Source: Planctopirus limnophila DSM 3776
GTDB lineage: Bacteria; Planctomycetota; Planctomycetia; Planctomycetales; Planctomycetaceae
Assembly (NCBI RefSeq): GCF_000092105.1
Contig: NC_014148.1
Location: forward strand, 2,580,001-2,612,000
Direction: 5' to 3'
Length of the DNA stretch: 32,000 nucleotides
The notes under the pieces were generated by a model. It was given only the letters and a program-made list of their open reading frames with translations. It searched no databases and was not told where the DNA came from. The position numbers and the translations under genes are program-made. Below, piece by piece: positions 1-9,653 of the stretch (positions are counted from its first letter, which is position 1; every line of letters starts with the position of its first letter).

Positions 1-2025
1 TGCCTTGGTGGTTGTGGTCTGCTGGTGTTGAACCTCATCTGTACAACCCCGCTGGCAGCGCAATCAACAACGACAAACGCTCATCTTCTCGCCCAGGTGA
101 CGACCAAAAAAGCTCCACCCGAACCGATCGATCCGGCATCATTGACGAGTATCGAAGAGATCCAGAAGCTGCGACAGGTAAGCCAACTCAAGGATTTAGA
201 ACTCCCCCGACCTGCCCAGCCTGCTGACATCCAGGTGTTTCTCAAAGCCATTGACTGGGCTTTGCGTCATGAGGAAATTCGCAACAGCACGCAACGAGAT
301 GCACTTCTTCGAGTCACCAGACAAGGGCTGAATCGAGTCGCTGCCGCTGAGAAAAAACAAGCTCCCTGGTTGGCTCCCGGTGGACAGCATGTTCTGGGTT
401 ATGTTTCGGAAGTCGACGAATCGATCCAGCCCTATTCGCTCTGGATTCCCGAAGGTTATCAGCAGGAAAGCGCGGATCGATGGCCACTCGAAGTCGTGCT
501 TCACGGCCGAGACAATGATTTGAACGAAGTGAAATTCATTGACCAGCATGAGGGAAAGACTCTCAAGCAGTCTCCGAAACATTTTCGTCTGGAAGTTTTT
601 GGCAGAGGAAATAATGCCTATCGCTGGGCCGGAGAGACAGATGTCTTCGAAGCGATCCGGGATGTGACGAGGCGATTTCGCATTGACGATCAGAGAATCA
701 ACCTGTGGGGATTTTCCATGGGTGGTGCCGGTGCCTGGCATCTGGGTGTCCATCATCCGGATCGATGGTCTTCTGTGGGAGCTGGTGCCGGCTTTGCTGA
801 TACGATTGTCTACCAGAAGCTCAAAGAGCCCATCGAGTCTCCGCGTCGAGAGCTGTTGCGAATCTACGATGCGATCGACTATGCCCCCAATGCGGGATTA
901 GTTCCCATGATTGGCTACGGTGGATCGGAGGATCCTCAACTCGCGGCCGCACAGACCATGCAGAAAGCGGCTCGTGAAGCGGGAGTGGAGATCCCGGTAT
1001 TGATCGGGCAGGGGGTGGCACACAAATGGCATCCAGAATCCGAACAGGAGTTTCAGGCTTTTCATGATCGATATCGCCAATCGGGGCGCGTTCGTTTTCC
1101 ACTGAATCCGAAGATTCGCTTTACGACCTGGACAGTCAAATACCCTGAAGCCGACTGGCTGAAAGTCATTCGACAGGAGTTCCCTTACCAGATTTCGTCG
1201 ATTGATGCGTATATAAAAAATGACGCTGACCTTGTCGAAGTCTCGACGAAAAACGTGGCGATCCTGAGTGTGGATCGCCAGGCCGCCGAGTCGATCCGGA
1301 TTGATGGCAGCGAGGTTATGCCTCTAAGGAATGCTGCCGAAGGCTTGCTTCCCGACGTGTATTACGAACTTCGTGGCAACGGTTGGAAACAACTGGAGTA
1401 CAAAGCCTCGCGCGATGTCGAGATTAATGACATGAGGCACAAGCATCATCGCCTGCAAGGCCCCATTGATGACGCCTTTACTCAACCATTCGTGCATGTG
1501 ACGGGGAGCGGGCGGGCATGGAATAGCAGTCACGAGGCATACACGAACTGGTCTCTCAAAAGAAGTCAGCAGGAGTTTGATCGATGGCTGCGCGGGAGAC
1601 CGCCGGCAATTGTGGATAACGGTCTGAGTGATGAGATTCTTATGGACAAAAATCTGATTCTGTGGGGAGATCCCGGGTCAAACACACTGATCGCACGAAT
1701 TGTCGATCAACTTCCCATCGAATGGACAAAAGACAGAATTGTCGTGAACGGGAAAGAGTTTTCACCCCAGAACCATGCCATCGCGATGATTGTGCCGAAT
1801 CCACTGAACTCGCTCAAATACGTTGTGATCAACAGTGGTCACACATTCCATGAAGCTGAGTTCAAAGGTTCGAACGCTCAATTATATCCTCGTCTGGGAG
1901 ATCTGGCGGTTATTCGTTTTGAACAGCAGGAAAACGGCAGTTTTCGGGAAGAAATCGTGGAAAATCTCATTCTCGACAGCCGGTGGCAAATTCCTCAGCA
2001 ACAACCCGCTGATGCTCAAAAATGA
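1..2025 (+). CDS. secreted alpha/beta-fold hydrolase (esterase / peptidase S9-like); 5' end probably lies upstream of the window
   Basis: Track ORF 25..2025. The same frame stays open back to nt 1 (CLGGCGLLVLNLICTTPLAAQ, a hydrophobic signal-peptide-like stretch). It has a nucleophile-elbow motif GFSMGGAG (GxSxG). I recognise no other motif. Confidence 0.6.
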   Translation, partial: CLGGCGLLVLNLICTTPLAAQSTTTNAHLLAQVTTKKAPPEPIDPASLTSIEEIQKLRQVSQLKDLELPRPAQPADIQVFLKAIDWALRHEEIRNSTQRDALLRVTRQGLNRVAAAEKKQAPWLAPGGQHVLGYVSEVDESIQPYSLWIPEGYQQESADRWPLEVVLHGRDNDLNEVKFIDQHEGKTLKQSPKHFRLEVFGRGNNAYRWAGETDVFEAIRDVTRRFRIDDQRINLWGFSMGGAGAWHLGVHHPDRWSSVGAGAGFADTIVYQKLKEPIESPRRELLRIYDAIDYAPNAGLVPMIGYGGSEDPQLAAAQTMQKAAREAGVEIPVLIGQGVAHKWHPESEQEFQAFHDRYRQSGRVRFPLNPKIRFTTWTVKYPEADWLKVIRQEFPYQISSIDAYIKNDADLVEVSTKNVAILSVDRQAAESIRIDGSEVMPLRNAAEGLLPDVYYELRGNGWKQLEYKASRDVEINDMRHKHHRLQGPIDDAFTQPFVHVTGSGRAWNSSHEAYTNWSLKRSQQEFDRWLRGRPPAIVDNGLSDEILMDKNLILWGDPGSNTLIARIVDQLPIEWTKDRIVVNGKEFSPQNHAIAMIVPNPLNSLKYVVINSGHTFHEAEFKGSNAQLYPRLGDLAVIRFEQQENGSFREEIVENLILDSRWQIPQQQPADAQK

Positions 2026-2135
2026 TGACAGGTCGTTAACTGCTTGGATTATGTTCCCAAGTGGCGACGACGTGGATATTCGCATAACTCATCGCCATGG
2101 ATGACGCCAACAGCCTCGCATGAGCGACTGAAGAT

Positions 2136-2163
2136 GTGCGATCGGAGAGTGCGCCGATCGCAC
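2136..2163 (+). terminator. GC-rich stem-loop, possible terminator downstream of the hydrolase gene
   Basis: GTGCGATCGG (2136-2145) and CCGATCGCAC (2154-2163) form a perfect 10-bp stem with an 8-nt loop. No T-run follows, so this is not a canonical intrinsic terminator. Confidence 0.25.
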
Positions 2164-2267
2164 GAGATGTAAACCTGCAAATGACCCAACTCCGGCCTGA
2201 AGATTAATCAATGGCAAATGAGTTCATCTCATGCTGAGTCTAAGGTTTAACTGCGATCCTTGGCATG

Positions 2268-2351
2268 GGGTGGCTGGGGTCGAGCGTCTTCGCGAACCCC
2301 CAGTTGTTGCCGGCGATTGCTGGGGGTTCGAAGACTCAACCCCAGCCACCC
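2268..2351. repeat. 84-nt imperfect palindrome (long hairpin / REP-like element) in a convergent intergenic region
   Basis: Outer arms GGGTGGCTGGGGT (2268-2280) and ACCCCAGCCACCC (2339-2351) are perfect 13-mers. Inner arms CGAACCCCCAG (2293-2303) and CTGGGGGTTCG (2320-2330) are perfect 11-mers. The middle pairs partly, with bulges, and the loop is 16 nt. Confidence 0.6.
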
Positions 2352-2409
2352 GCCGCGCAGTTGTTGATTCAAATCCGTATTACAACAACTGATTCATATG
2401 AACCCGCAA

Positions 2410-3294
2410 TCAGCCAATGAACTCTAACTCGACCGGATGCGGAATGAGTTTGTGTTCATAAGCTCTCGCCAGCAGCAATTTCACAGCTTCACGGCCGCGA
2501 TCTCCAAAGTCGATCGTCCAGTCGTTCACGTACATACCTACAAAGACATCGGCTTTGTGGTCATCTAGATCTCGACCATACTTCTTGGCGTGGCCTAACG
2601 CTTCCTGGCGATGTTCAAGACCATAGACAATGCTCTGTTTGAGCAGAGCCGTGACTTCTTCCATCGCTTTGCGGCCCAGATCACGGCGGATGGCATTACC
2701 TCCCAGTGGCAGAGGAAGACCTGTCTTCTGCAGCCACCATTTTCCCAGATCGACCACTAGGCTTAAGCCTTGAGAGGCGTATGTCAACTGGCCTTCGTGA
2801 ATGATCAGTCCCGCATCAACTTCACCACGCTCGACCACATTCAGAATCTCGTCGAAGGGATAAAGTACGGGAGTAAATCGATCTCCGAGCAGTAATCGCA
2901 ACGACAAAACGGCTGTGGTCAACTTTCCAGGGATGGCAATTCTCTTGCCAATCAGATCGTCAATTTCCATCGGCTGACGAGCGACAACCATTGGGCCATA
3001 ATTATCTCCCATGCTACAGCCACAGGCACATAAAGCGTATTTATCGGTCAAATAGGCGTAACCATGCAGACTGACAGCGGAAAGCTCTAACTCCCCACGG
3101 AAGGCCCGCTGATTGAGCGTCTCGATATCTTGAAGTTCGTGAGTGAAAACGTACTGGCCGGTCGGAATTTTATCGTTCGCCAATGCATGAAACATGAAGG
3201 CATCATCAGGATCAGGACTATGGCCAACACGAATAAGGGTTCGATTATCCACGGATCGCACTTTCACAGCAGTTAACAGGCGAAATTCAGCCAT
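2410..3294 (-). CDS. menaquinone (futalosine pathway) biosynthesis protein, MqnA/MqnD (VitK2_biosynth) family
   Basis: 294-aa ORF. The N-terminal GHSPDPDDAFMFHAL motif and the periplasmic-binding-protein-like length match the MqnA/MqnD family as I remember it. I cannot tell MqnA from MqnD by eye. Confidence 0.6.
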   Translation of the reverse strand: MAEFRLLTAVKVRSVDNRTLIRVGHSPDPDDAFMFHALANDKIPTGQYVFTHELQDIETLNQRAFRGELELSAVSLHGYAYLTDKYALCACGCSMGDNYGPMVVARQPMEIDDLIGKRIAIPGKLTTAVLSLRLLLGDRFTPVLYPFDEILNVVERGEVDAGLIIHEGQLTYASQGLSLVVDLGKWWLQKTGLPLPLGGNAIRRDLGRKAMEEVTALLKQSIVYGLEHRQEALGHAKKYGRDLDDHKADVFVGMYVNDWTIDFGDRGREAVKLLLARAYEHKLIPHPVELEFIG

Positions 3295-3497
3295 TCACCC
3301 TGAAAAGGTGATTTCAGTAAGTTTCCATCCAAATCACGTTTCGTTTTACCGAAGCCGTGGTTGAGTTATAGTCATTTTTTGGCTTAACCGCACACGTCCC
3401 GTGCGATTAACATCTGATGAGCACCAATGGTTCACTGGGATTGAGCAATCGACTCGTCACCGCCCGCCATGGGATGACCGAGTGGACGTGAACAAGT

Positions 3498-3935
3498 GTG
3501 GTTCCAATGGGGAGTCGAATTCGATTGTCTGAGCCGGCGCGACCTCCTGTCGATCTCCCATCGACCGTGATTCCTGCCATTGGTGAACCCATCATCAGGC
3601 AACTTGTGCACGCGTTCTATCAGCGTGTTCAGCATGATTCACTTGTCGGCGGCATGTATCCTCCCGACGAGTGGGAGGCTGCCGAAACCCGCCTGGCAGA
3701 CTTTCTGGTCTATCGACTGGGAGGATCACAGGACTACCTCACCAAGAGGGGCGCACCACGGCTGCGCATGAGACATGCCAGCTTCGCGATCACACCAGCT
3801 GCCAGAAATCGGTGGATGGAACTGATGACCGAAGCACTCGCCGAAGCCCCTCTCCCACAGCCTTATGCGAACATCGTGACGCAGTTTCTCTCTGAGACAG
3901 CCACGTTTCTCATCAACCGAACTGACTCCCACTAG
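3498..3935 (+). CDS. glbO: group II truncated hemoglobin (HbO/GlbO-like)
   Basis: 145-aa ORF. FYQRV...MYP...EAAETRLADFLVYRLGGSQDYLTKRGAPRLRMRHASFAI closely matches the trHbO signature (GGP..Y...RGHPRLRMRHAPF). The start could instead be the second Met, at 3507. Confidence 0.8.
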   Translation: MVPMGSRIRLSEPARPPVDLPSTVIPAIGEPIIRQLVHAFYQRVQHDSLVGGMYPPDEWEAAETRLADFLVYRLGGSQDYLTKRGAPRLRMRHASFAITPAARNRWMELMTEALAEAPLPQPYANIVTQFLSETATFLINRTDSH

Positions 3936-3999
3936 CACAGATCGCAGCTATCCGTTTTTTGAAAGCTGTAGAATTCCTGACAAGTCAAGTCCCTCGTTG

Positions 4000-5247
4000 T
4001 CAGTTGGAGCAATTTCCAGTGGCCAGCTCATGTTTTGCCAACAGATACTGGTCGATATCTGAAGCCCTGAGTGCTGTCAGAACTTTCTGCAGGCAACTCT
4101 GCTGTCGCAAGGTCACGGGAATCATGACGTCTGGTGCAGGGCCACGACGCATGAGTCGTCGCGCCAGGATGTCCAGAAGTGGCATGATGCCTTGAGATGT
4201 CACTGTCGAAATGGGCAGGGCGTCTGGCCATTGTTGCAGGACGTCGCGATCCATGGGGAGATCGCACTTGTTGAGGAGCACCACCACATCGCGAAACTGG
4301 CGGGAAAGCTGTACGTCAGCGGCCTGCAATGATTGACTGGCATCGACCACATACATCACCAGATCCGCCTGCCCGGCAGTGGCCATCGTCTTCTGGATGC
4401 CTTCTGCTTCGAGCGGATCTTCACTTTCGCGAACACCTGCGGTATCGGCCAGGTGAACCAGCCAGCCACCGATCGCAGTTGAAGCCCGTACAATATCCCG
4501 CGTGGTCCCTGGTTGATCAATCACAATGGAACGCTCGTATCCCAGCAGTCGATTGATCAGGCTCGATTTTCCGGCATTGGGCAAACCGACAATCGAGACG
4601 ACCCAGCCTTCTGTCAGACGCCGACCGGTCTCCCACCATTTGAGACTCAACTCCACCGATCGGATCGCTTCATTTCGCGATTGGTCATCTGCAGGCCAGT
4701 TGATATCTGCTGCGAATTCCGGGAGTTTTTCGAGACTGTGAGCCAGAATCAATTGAGCCGATCTGACAGTCACAGCACGAGTGAGCACCTCTGTGCATTC
4801 GGCAACCAGATAGTTTTTGCGGGAGGCCAGTTGCTGCTGCCACGACTGCACGATCACGCCAATTCCCTGCAGCGAAGTCAAAAGGTTTTCGACCGCAGCA
4901 GTCCCTCCATGGCAGGAGATTTCCAGCACATCCTTTTCAATTTGAGTCAGGACGACCCCTTCAGCATGTTCTTGCCCCCAGTGGCCATAATGCACACTTT
5001 TCTCGGGAAGACTGGTCCAGTTGACCTGCCCTGCAGAGTGAAACAATTGTTGAGCCGAAGAACTCAGGCGACTTAAATCGCCGTGAACACGAACCAGTGC
5101 AATCGCAGAACGTCCAGCCGGAGACCACTGTGCCGCTGTAATCTGCGCGACACTCATCTTTTGAGAACTGAGCTGGGCGACGTATTGCTGTCTGCCATGG
5201 GCGAGCGGTGGCTGATGTGAGCGTTCCTGGTTCACGAAAACTCCCAT
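4000..5247 (-). CDS. mnmE: tRNA-modification GTPase MnmE/TrmE-like
   Basis: G domain motifs are GLPNAGKSSLINRL (G1), PGTTRD (G2), DTAG (G3) and NKCD (G4). The N-terminal ALVRVHG resembles the MnmE N-domain. A likelier start is the internal ATG at 5157 (MSVAQIT...). The usual C-terminal C-I-G-K motif is absent. Confidence 0.7.
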   Translation of the reverse strand: MGVFVNQERSHQPPLAHGRQQYVAQLSSQKMSVAQITAAQWSPAGRSAIALVRVHGDLSRLSSSAQQLFHSAGQVNWTSLPEKSVHYGHWGQEHAEGVVLTQIEKDVLEISCHGGTAAVENLLTSLQGIGVIVQSWQQQLASRKNYLVAECTEVLTRAVTVRSAQLILAHSLEKLPEFAADINWPADDQSRNEAIRSVELSLKWWETGRRLTEGWVVSIVGLPNAGKSSLINRLLGYERSIVIDQPGTTRDIVRASTAIGGWLVHLADTAGVRESEDPLEAEGIQKTMATAGQADLVMYVVDASQSLQAADVQLSRQFRDVVVLLNKCDLPMDRDVLQQWPDALPISTVTSQGIMPLLDILARRLMRRGPAPDVMIPVTLRQQSCLQKVLTALRASDIDQYLLAKHELATGNCSN

Positions 5248-5308
5248 CCTGTGCAGAAACGAGGCTCATCCCGTAGTAATGCAAGCCCTGCGAAAATCAT
5301 GTTGATCA

Positions 5309-5340
5309 CTGAATCGTCTGTCTGGAGAATCACGATTCAG
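5309..5340 (-). terminator. stem-loop immediately downstream of xseB
   Basis: CTGAATCGT (5309-5317) and ACGATTCAG (5332-5340) form a 9-bp stem with a 14-nt loop, starting 2 nt after the xseB stop on the minus strand. Only a weak, distal T-run follows (ATTTTCG). Confidence 0.3.
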
Positions 5341-5341
5341 A

Positions 5342-5839
5342 TTAAAACAGCCCTGTATTGGGGCGAGGAGAGTTATTCTCAGATCTCATCGAATCTTCTG
5401 AATAAAGTTGTTCAGTGCCGCGTCCTGGTTCGTCATCAACTTGTGTATCAAAAGGTGCCTCTGGCTCTGTGGCTGGAACACGGCTCAAGGTGGCCTCCGT
5501 GCGATCTGACGACTTTGGCGGAGTCTTTTCGAGGCTGGTATCAATGGTGCCTTTAATGATCGAATCGATGGGAATTGCCTCTGGCCCGGATCCTTTCAGT
5601 TGCGACTGCAGCATCTCAACTTTCGATTCAGCATTCTCCAGAATTTCGCTGCAAACCCGATACAGATGAATGCCCCGCTCAAACCCTTGAAGAGCGTCAT
5701 TCAGTGGTAACTGGCCTTCATCCAACTGATCAACAATCCCTTGAAGTTCCTCAAGGGCCTCTTCAAAAGAGGGGCCTTCCGTTGATGATGACGATTTTTT
5801 GCGAGCCATGTTCATCCTGTCGATTCCGAGGGATTCCAT
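5342..5839 (-). CDS. xseB: exodeoxyribonuclease VII small subunit with a long C-terminal tail
   Basis: SFEEALEELQGIVDQLDEGQLPLNDALQGFERGIHLYRVCSEILENAESKVEML is a typical XseB core. Alternative starts are at 5815 and 5809 (MNMARKK). About 85 further residues follow the core. Confidence 0.8.
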   Translation of the reverse strand: MESLGIDRMNMARKKSSSSTEGPSFEEALEELQGIVDQLDEGQLPLNDALQGFERGIHLYRVCSEILENAESKVEMLQSQLKGSGPEAIPIDSIIKGTIDTSLEKTPPKSSDRTEATLSRVPATEPEAPFDTQVDDEPGRGTEQLYSEDSMRSENNSPRPNTGLF

Positions 5840-5918
5840 CTGAATTCAAGTGTAACAACCCAACGGAAAAATCAGAGTGACTGATGCTTGAATGCATGAT
5901 CTCATCACGTTTTAGTTC

Positions 5919-7295
5919 TCAACTTTCAGGTGGAATCTGCCGACCTTGAGGATCCTGGTCAGGTCGCATCAGATCGTTCGAAAGTTCATGACGCAGTTCC
6001 GAAGAAATGTAATGCTCAGCTCGGCTGGCATTATCGTGCCATTGCTCTGGGCGTAAACCCAATCGCTGAGCCAGAAATGTCTCCCAGAGTCGATGCGCAC
6101 GCACGATCTGTCGCCCTCCCTGACGGCCAATCTCAGTCAGCACATAATGTTGATCTTCGTAGGACATGGCTCCTCTCCTGATCAATTGCCGACTTGCGGC
6201 CCAGATTCTCCAGGCGGGCTGCCCGGTTGATTCTGCCACCAGAGATGCCAGATCTTTCGTCGAAACCTGTCGGCCGGCCTCCTCCAATCGATAGAGGACC
6301 GCCAGCAGGTCTTCTTCTGCAATTCGCATCTGGGTACGCATCTGCTGACCCAGCCGGCTCAACGCTCCATATTCGGGACTCAACAGGAGCGCCAGCAACA
6401 GGCATCCACTGGCCACGAGAACCATCATGCCACTCGTACTGACAGCTTCAATCCCGTCCACACCAATAGATGCCAGCAGTGGGCCAACAAGACTGATGGC
6501 CAACACATGACCCATCACAGCCGAAAACAATCCAATGCCCATCGACAGCAGTATCATCGATGGAAAATGGTATGTCAGCAGCCTCGCTGTGGCAGGGGGA
6601 ATCACCAGCATCCCCAACACCAGCAGACTTCCCACCGTTTGAAACGCCCCCACAATTGTCACCGCCACTAGCACCGCCAGCAGGAGTTGAACACGGGAAG
6701 CGGCAATTCCTATCGACTCGGCAAATACGGTATCAAACGTCGAGATCAGCAGTTCTTTGTAAAAGAGCCATAGACAGGTCAGATTGAGAACCAACGTCAC
6801 CAGGGCCACAACAACACCAATGGGCAGACTGGTTCCTGCAAAGGTCTCAACGACGGCAACCTCCAGATTGCCAAACACTATACAGGCCGGATCGAGATGA
6901 ATTCGATCGGCCAGTGTTCTTAAAAGCAGCAGGCCCACAGCAAACAATGTGGTAAACACAATACCCAATGCGGTATCTGCGTGGATCGTTCGCAATCTCT
7001 GCAACTGCTCAATCAGGATGGAAGCCAATATTCCTGAGACTGCAGCTCCCGCCAAAAGAATGACCACACTCCAGCCACTTCCGGCTGGTAATAATCCACT
7101 CAAGAGAAATGCCACGACTACGCCCGGCAAAGCGGCATGACTTACACCATCGGCCAGTAGAGATTGCCTGCGCAAAACCAGAAACGAGCCGGGAATGGCA
7201 CAAGCCATGGCCACCAGTGCAGCCATCACCACCATCCAGGTATCAATCAGACACCAGGTGGAAAGCGCCTGCAGGATTTGTGTCAGTAACTCCAT
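5919..7295 (-). CDS. ABC-3 family metal transporter permease (TroD/YtgD position) fused to a C-terminal DtxR/MntR-type repressor domain
   Basis: 458-aa ORF. The first 320 aa or so are polytopic and hydrophobic, as in ABC-3 permeases. The C-terminal part, EEDLLAVLYRLEEAG...LTEIGRQGGRQIVRAHRLWETFLAQRLGL...ASRAEHYISSEL, matches the DtxR winged-helix plus RHRL.E.FL...EH signature. Confidence 0.8.
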   Translation of the reverse strand: MELLTQILQALSTWCLIDTWMVVMAALVAMACAIPGSFLVLRRQSLLADGVSHAALPGVVVAFLLSGLLPAGSGWSVVILLAGAAVSGILASILIEQLQRLRTIHADTALGIVFTTLFAVGLLLLRTLADRIHLDPACIVFGNLEVAVVETFAGTSLPIGVVVALVTLVLNLTCLWLFYKELLISTFDTVFAESIGIAASRVQLLLAVLVAVTIVGAFQTVGSLLVLGMLVIPPATARLLTYHFPSMILLSMGIGLFSAVMGHVLAISLVGPLLASIGVDGIEAVSTSGMMVLVASGCLLLALLLSPEYGALSRLGQQMRTQMRIAEEDLLAVLYRLEEAGRQVSTKDLASLVAESTGQPAWRIWAASRQLIRRGAMSYEDQHYVLTEIGRQGGRQIVRAHRLWETFLAQRLGLRPEQWHDNASRAEHYISSELRHELSNDLMRPDQDPQGRQIPPES

Positions 7296-7345
7296 GGATT
7301 TAATTCATGTCACAATCAAGGTTGGCAATTTCATCACAGTTGTTT

Positions 7346-8824
7346 TCAAGGAGAAACTTCACGAACTGACGTTGCTTCAAGCGGATGGGGGCTGCGAATG
7401 ACCCCTTGCCCAAAGTCAATTCGAAGCAGGATCTTCAGTTCATCGACGGTGTGCGGCCCCAGTGCATGTTCCAGTAGGTCGGCAGTCCGATCACCTTGCG
7501 CGGGAGGAAATTCAGCATGTTCAATCAAATACAATTCCAGCAGGCGATGCCGCAAAACAACAGCCTTCGCTTTCTGCCAGCCCAGTTCGGTCATTCGCCA
7601 TTGACCCGCACTATCGATTCTTAAGTAGCCTCGATTCACTGCCAGTTGTTTGAGAAGCGAAAGATCTTTCGTGGGTATGGATTTCGGAAAGCAAGCCGCC
7701 TGATGCAACCAGAATTCGTCCGGGGCGCCGGTCGATGGATGAACATCAATTAAACGCTTGTCCAACGCCAGTTGAGGTAAGTCTGCGTGACCAGTTTGCT
7801 CCGGAGCCATTGTTGCAGATTGGAGTTTCGCCGTTGCCGCTTCGAATTCTTCGTAGGTACTTCGCAACAGGTCGTCCAGCAACTGCTCCTGCTTCAGCAA
7901 TCGATGACTCCACCACTGATAGATGAAGCCATGTGACGAACCAAAACAGACACTGATTGCAAAAAACATTGTGGCACAGAGGACAATCGCCGGCCCTGTC
8001 GGAACATACTCCAGCTGACCACTGATCAGTGTTCCCAGCCCTGCAGACACCATCCCCAGCATTACAGAAACCGGGATCATCAGTCCCAGTCGATCAGACC
8101 AGAACCGCGCCGCTGCAGCCGGCGTCACCATCAATGCCACCACCAGTAAAAACCCCACCATCGGCAGAGCCAGCACACAAATGGCAGCTGTCATCCCAGT
8201 CAGCAACGTATCCAGCAAAGCGACGGGCAATCCCTGAGCAATGGCAAATTCCCGATCAAAAGCGATCAGCAGCAATTCTTTTCGTAACAGCAGACAGACA
8301 ATCACGACGATCCCTGCCAACCCGCCCAACAGGAGCACATCGGTGCTCGAAAGAGCAGCCGCTCTTCCAAAGAGCAGGCCCTCGAGTCCAGCCGCATTTC
8401 CTGAAGGAACCTGCTGAATGATCGAGAAGAAGACAACTCCCAGTGCGAGAAATCCACCCAGCGGAATGCCAAAAGCCACTTCTCCCCAGAGAGGTTTGAC
8501 CTGCTGCAATGCAAAACAGATCAGGACGGCAACCCCCGAAGCGAACATCGATCCACCGACCAGCCACGGAAGTGTGCCTGCTTTTTCAGGGGCCAGCCAT
8601 AACCCCAAAAGGAACGCCATCGCCACGCCGGGTAAAGCGGCATGACTGATCACATCGCTCAGCAGAACCTGACGCCGCAAAGTCAAGAAAACGCCCATCA
8701 ATCCGCACGACGCCCCTAAGAGCATTGTGCCCGAAAGCACCAGCAGAGCGTTGTAACTCATGGAAAACATGGTCTCGAAAACCACCGTTCTGGCTGAAGC
8801 AAATTCAAAGAACTGATCGATCAA
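7346..8824 (-). CDS. ABC-3 family metal transporter permease (TroC/YtgC position) fused to a C-terminal DtxR/MntR-type repressor domain
   Basis: 492-aa ORF. The first 300 aa or so are polytopic. The C-terminal 190 aa or so include LKQLAVNRGYL...MTELGWQKAKAVVLRHRLLELYLIEHA...ADLLEHALGPHTVDEL, a DtxR-like HTH and dimerisation signature. Confidence 0.8.
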   Translation of the reverse strand: MIDQFFEFASARTVVFETMFSMSYNALLVLSGTMLLGASCGLMGVFLTLRRQVLLSDVISHAALPGVAMAFLLGLWLAPEKAGTLPWLVGGSMFASGVAVLICFALQQVKPLWGEVAFGIPLGGFLALGVVFFSIIQQVPSGNAAGLEGLLFGRAAALSSTDVLLLGGLAGIVVIVCLLLRKELLLIAFDREFAIAQGLPVALLDTLLTGMTAAICVLALPMVGFLLVVALMVTPAAAARFWSDRLGLMIPVSVMLGMVSAGLGTLISGQLEYVPTGPAIVLCATMFFAISVCFGSSHGFIYQWWSHRLLKQEQLLDDLLRSTYEEFEAATAKLQSATMAPEQTGHADLPQLALDKRLIDVHPSTGAPDEFWLHQAACFPKSIPTKDLSLLKQLAVNRGYLRIDSAGQWRMTELGWQKAKAVVLRHRLLELYLIEHAEFPPAQGDRTADLLEHALGPHTVDELKILLRIDFGQGVIRSPHPLEATSVREVSP

Positions 8825-8862
8825 CTGGAATTGATCCAGCGGAACTCAATCGCCTGGAAACT

Positions 8863-9651
8863 CTAACTTGTCACGGATTGTCTCGCTGACATCCGCTGGC
8901 CCACTGCATCCAGAATCGAAAGCTGACCACCGTATGTGGCCTTCAGATTTTGAGGTGTCAACACTTCAGAAACCGCTCCCGCTGCAATCAGCCGCAAGTT
9001 TAACAACAGCACTTCGTCAAAGTATTCCGAGACCGTCTGCAGATCGTGATGCACGACAATCGTCGTCTTGCCTCGATCTCTCAATGCCTGCAACATGGAC
9101 ACAATCGATTGCTCTGTCGTGGCATCGACGGCAGCAAACGGCTCATCCATCAGATAAAGATCGGCATCCTGAGCCAGAGCTCTGGCAAGAAACACCCGCT
9201 GCTGCTGGCCTCCAGAAAGTTGACCAATCTGACGTCTGGCCACATCTCCCAGACCTACCTGTTCGAGAGCTGCCAAAGCCGTATTTTTGGCATCGCGATT
9301 CACTGGGCGAAACCACCCCATACGTCCGTAACAGCCCATGGCCGCCACTTCGAGGGCACTGATCGGGAAATCCCAGTCCACACTGGATCGCTGCGGAACA
9401 TAGGCCACTTTTTGTCGTACTGCCTGATAAGGCTGGCCAAAAAACAGAGCCTCTCCATTCTGCCGGGGGATCAAACCCAAAGCCGCCTTCAATAGGGTAC
9501 TTTTGCCAGCCCCATTGGGGCCAACAATCGCGATCAGTTTTCGACTGGGTGAGACATAGTCAATATTCCAGAGGACAGGCTTTCGGCCGTAAGCCACCGT
9601 CATATCATGAATGACAAGCGGTGAATCTGGTGGAGAATTCTCGGCATTCAT
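8863..9651 (-). CDS. metal ABC transporter ATP-binding protein (TroB/YtgB/ZnuC-like)
   Basis: Walker [17 protein letters not shown] signature LSGGQQQRV, Walker [10 protein letters not shown] prefer the internal ATG at 9651 (MNAENS...), which sits 2 nt after the upstream gene's stop (9654-9656). The track ORF extends to 9708. Confidence 0.9.
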   Translation of the reverse strand: MNAENSPPDSPLVIHDMTVAYGRKPVLWNIDYVSPSRKLIAIVGPNGAGKSTLLKAALGLIPRQNGEALFFGQPYQAVRQKVAYVPQRSSVDWDFPISALEVAAMGCYGRMGWFRPVNRDAKNTALAALEQVGLGDVARRQIGQLSGGQQQRVFLARALAQDADLYLMDEPFAAVDATTEQSIVSMLQALRDRGKTTIVVHHDLQTVSEYFDEVLLLNLRLIAAGAVSEVLTPQNLKATYGGQLSILDAVGQRMSARQSVTS

Positions 9652-9653
9652 GA

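Noticed and set aside
3940-4002. A frameshifted MnmE C-terminal tail (CIGK) hidden downstream of the annotated stop
   Set aside because: I translated both alternative frames (…LEIAPTDNEGLDLSGILQLSKNG* and …TTRDLTCQEFYSFQKTDSCDLC*). Neither gives a convincing IFS.FCIGK ending, so I cannot support a simple frameshift.
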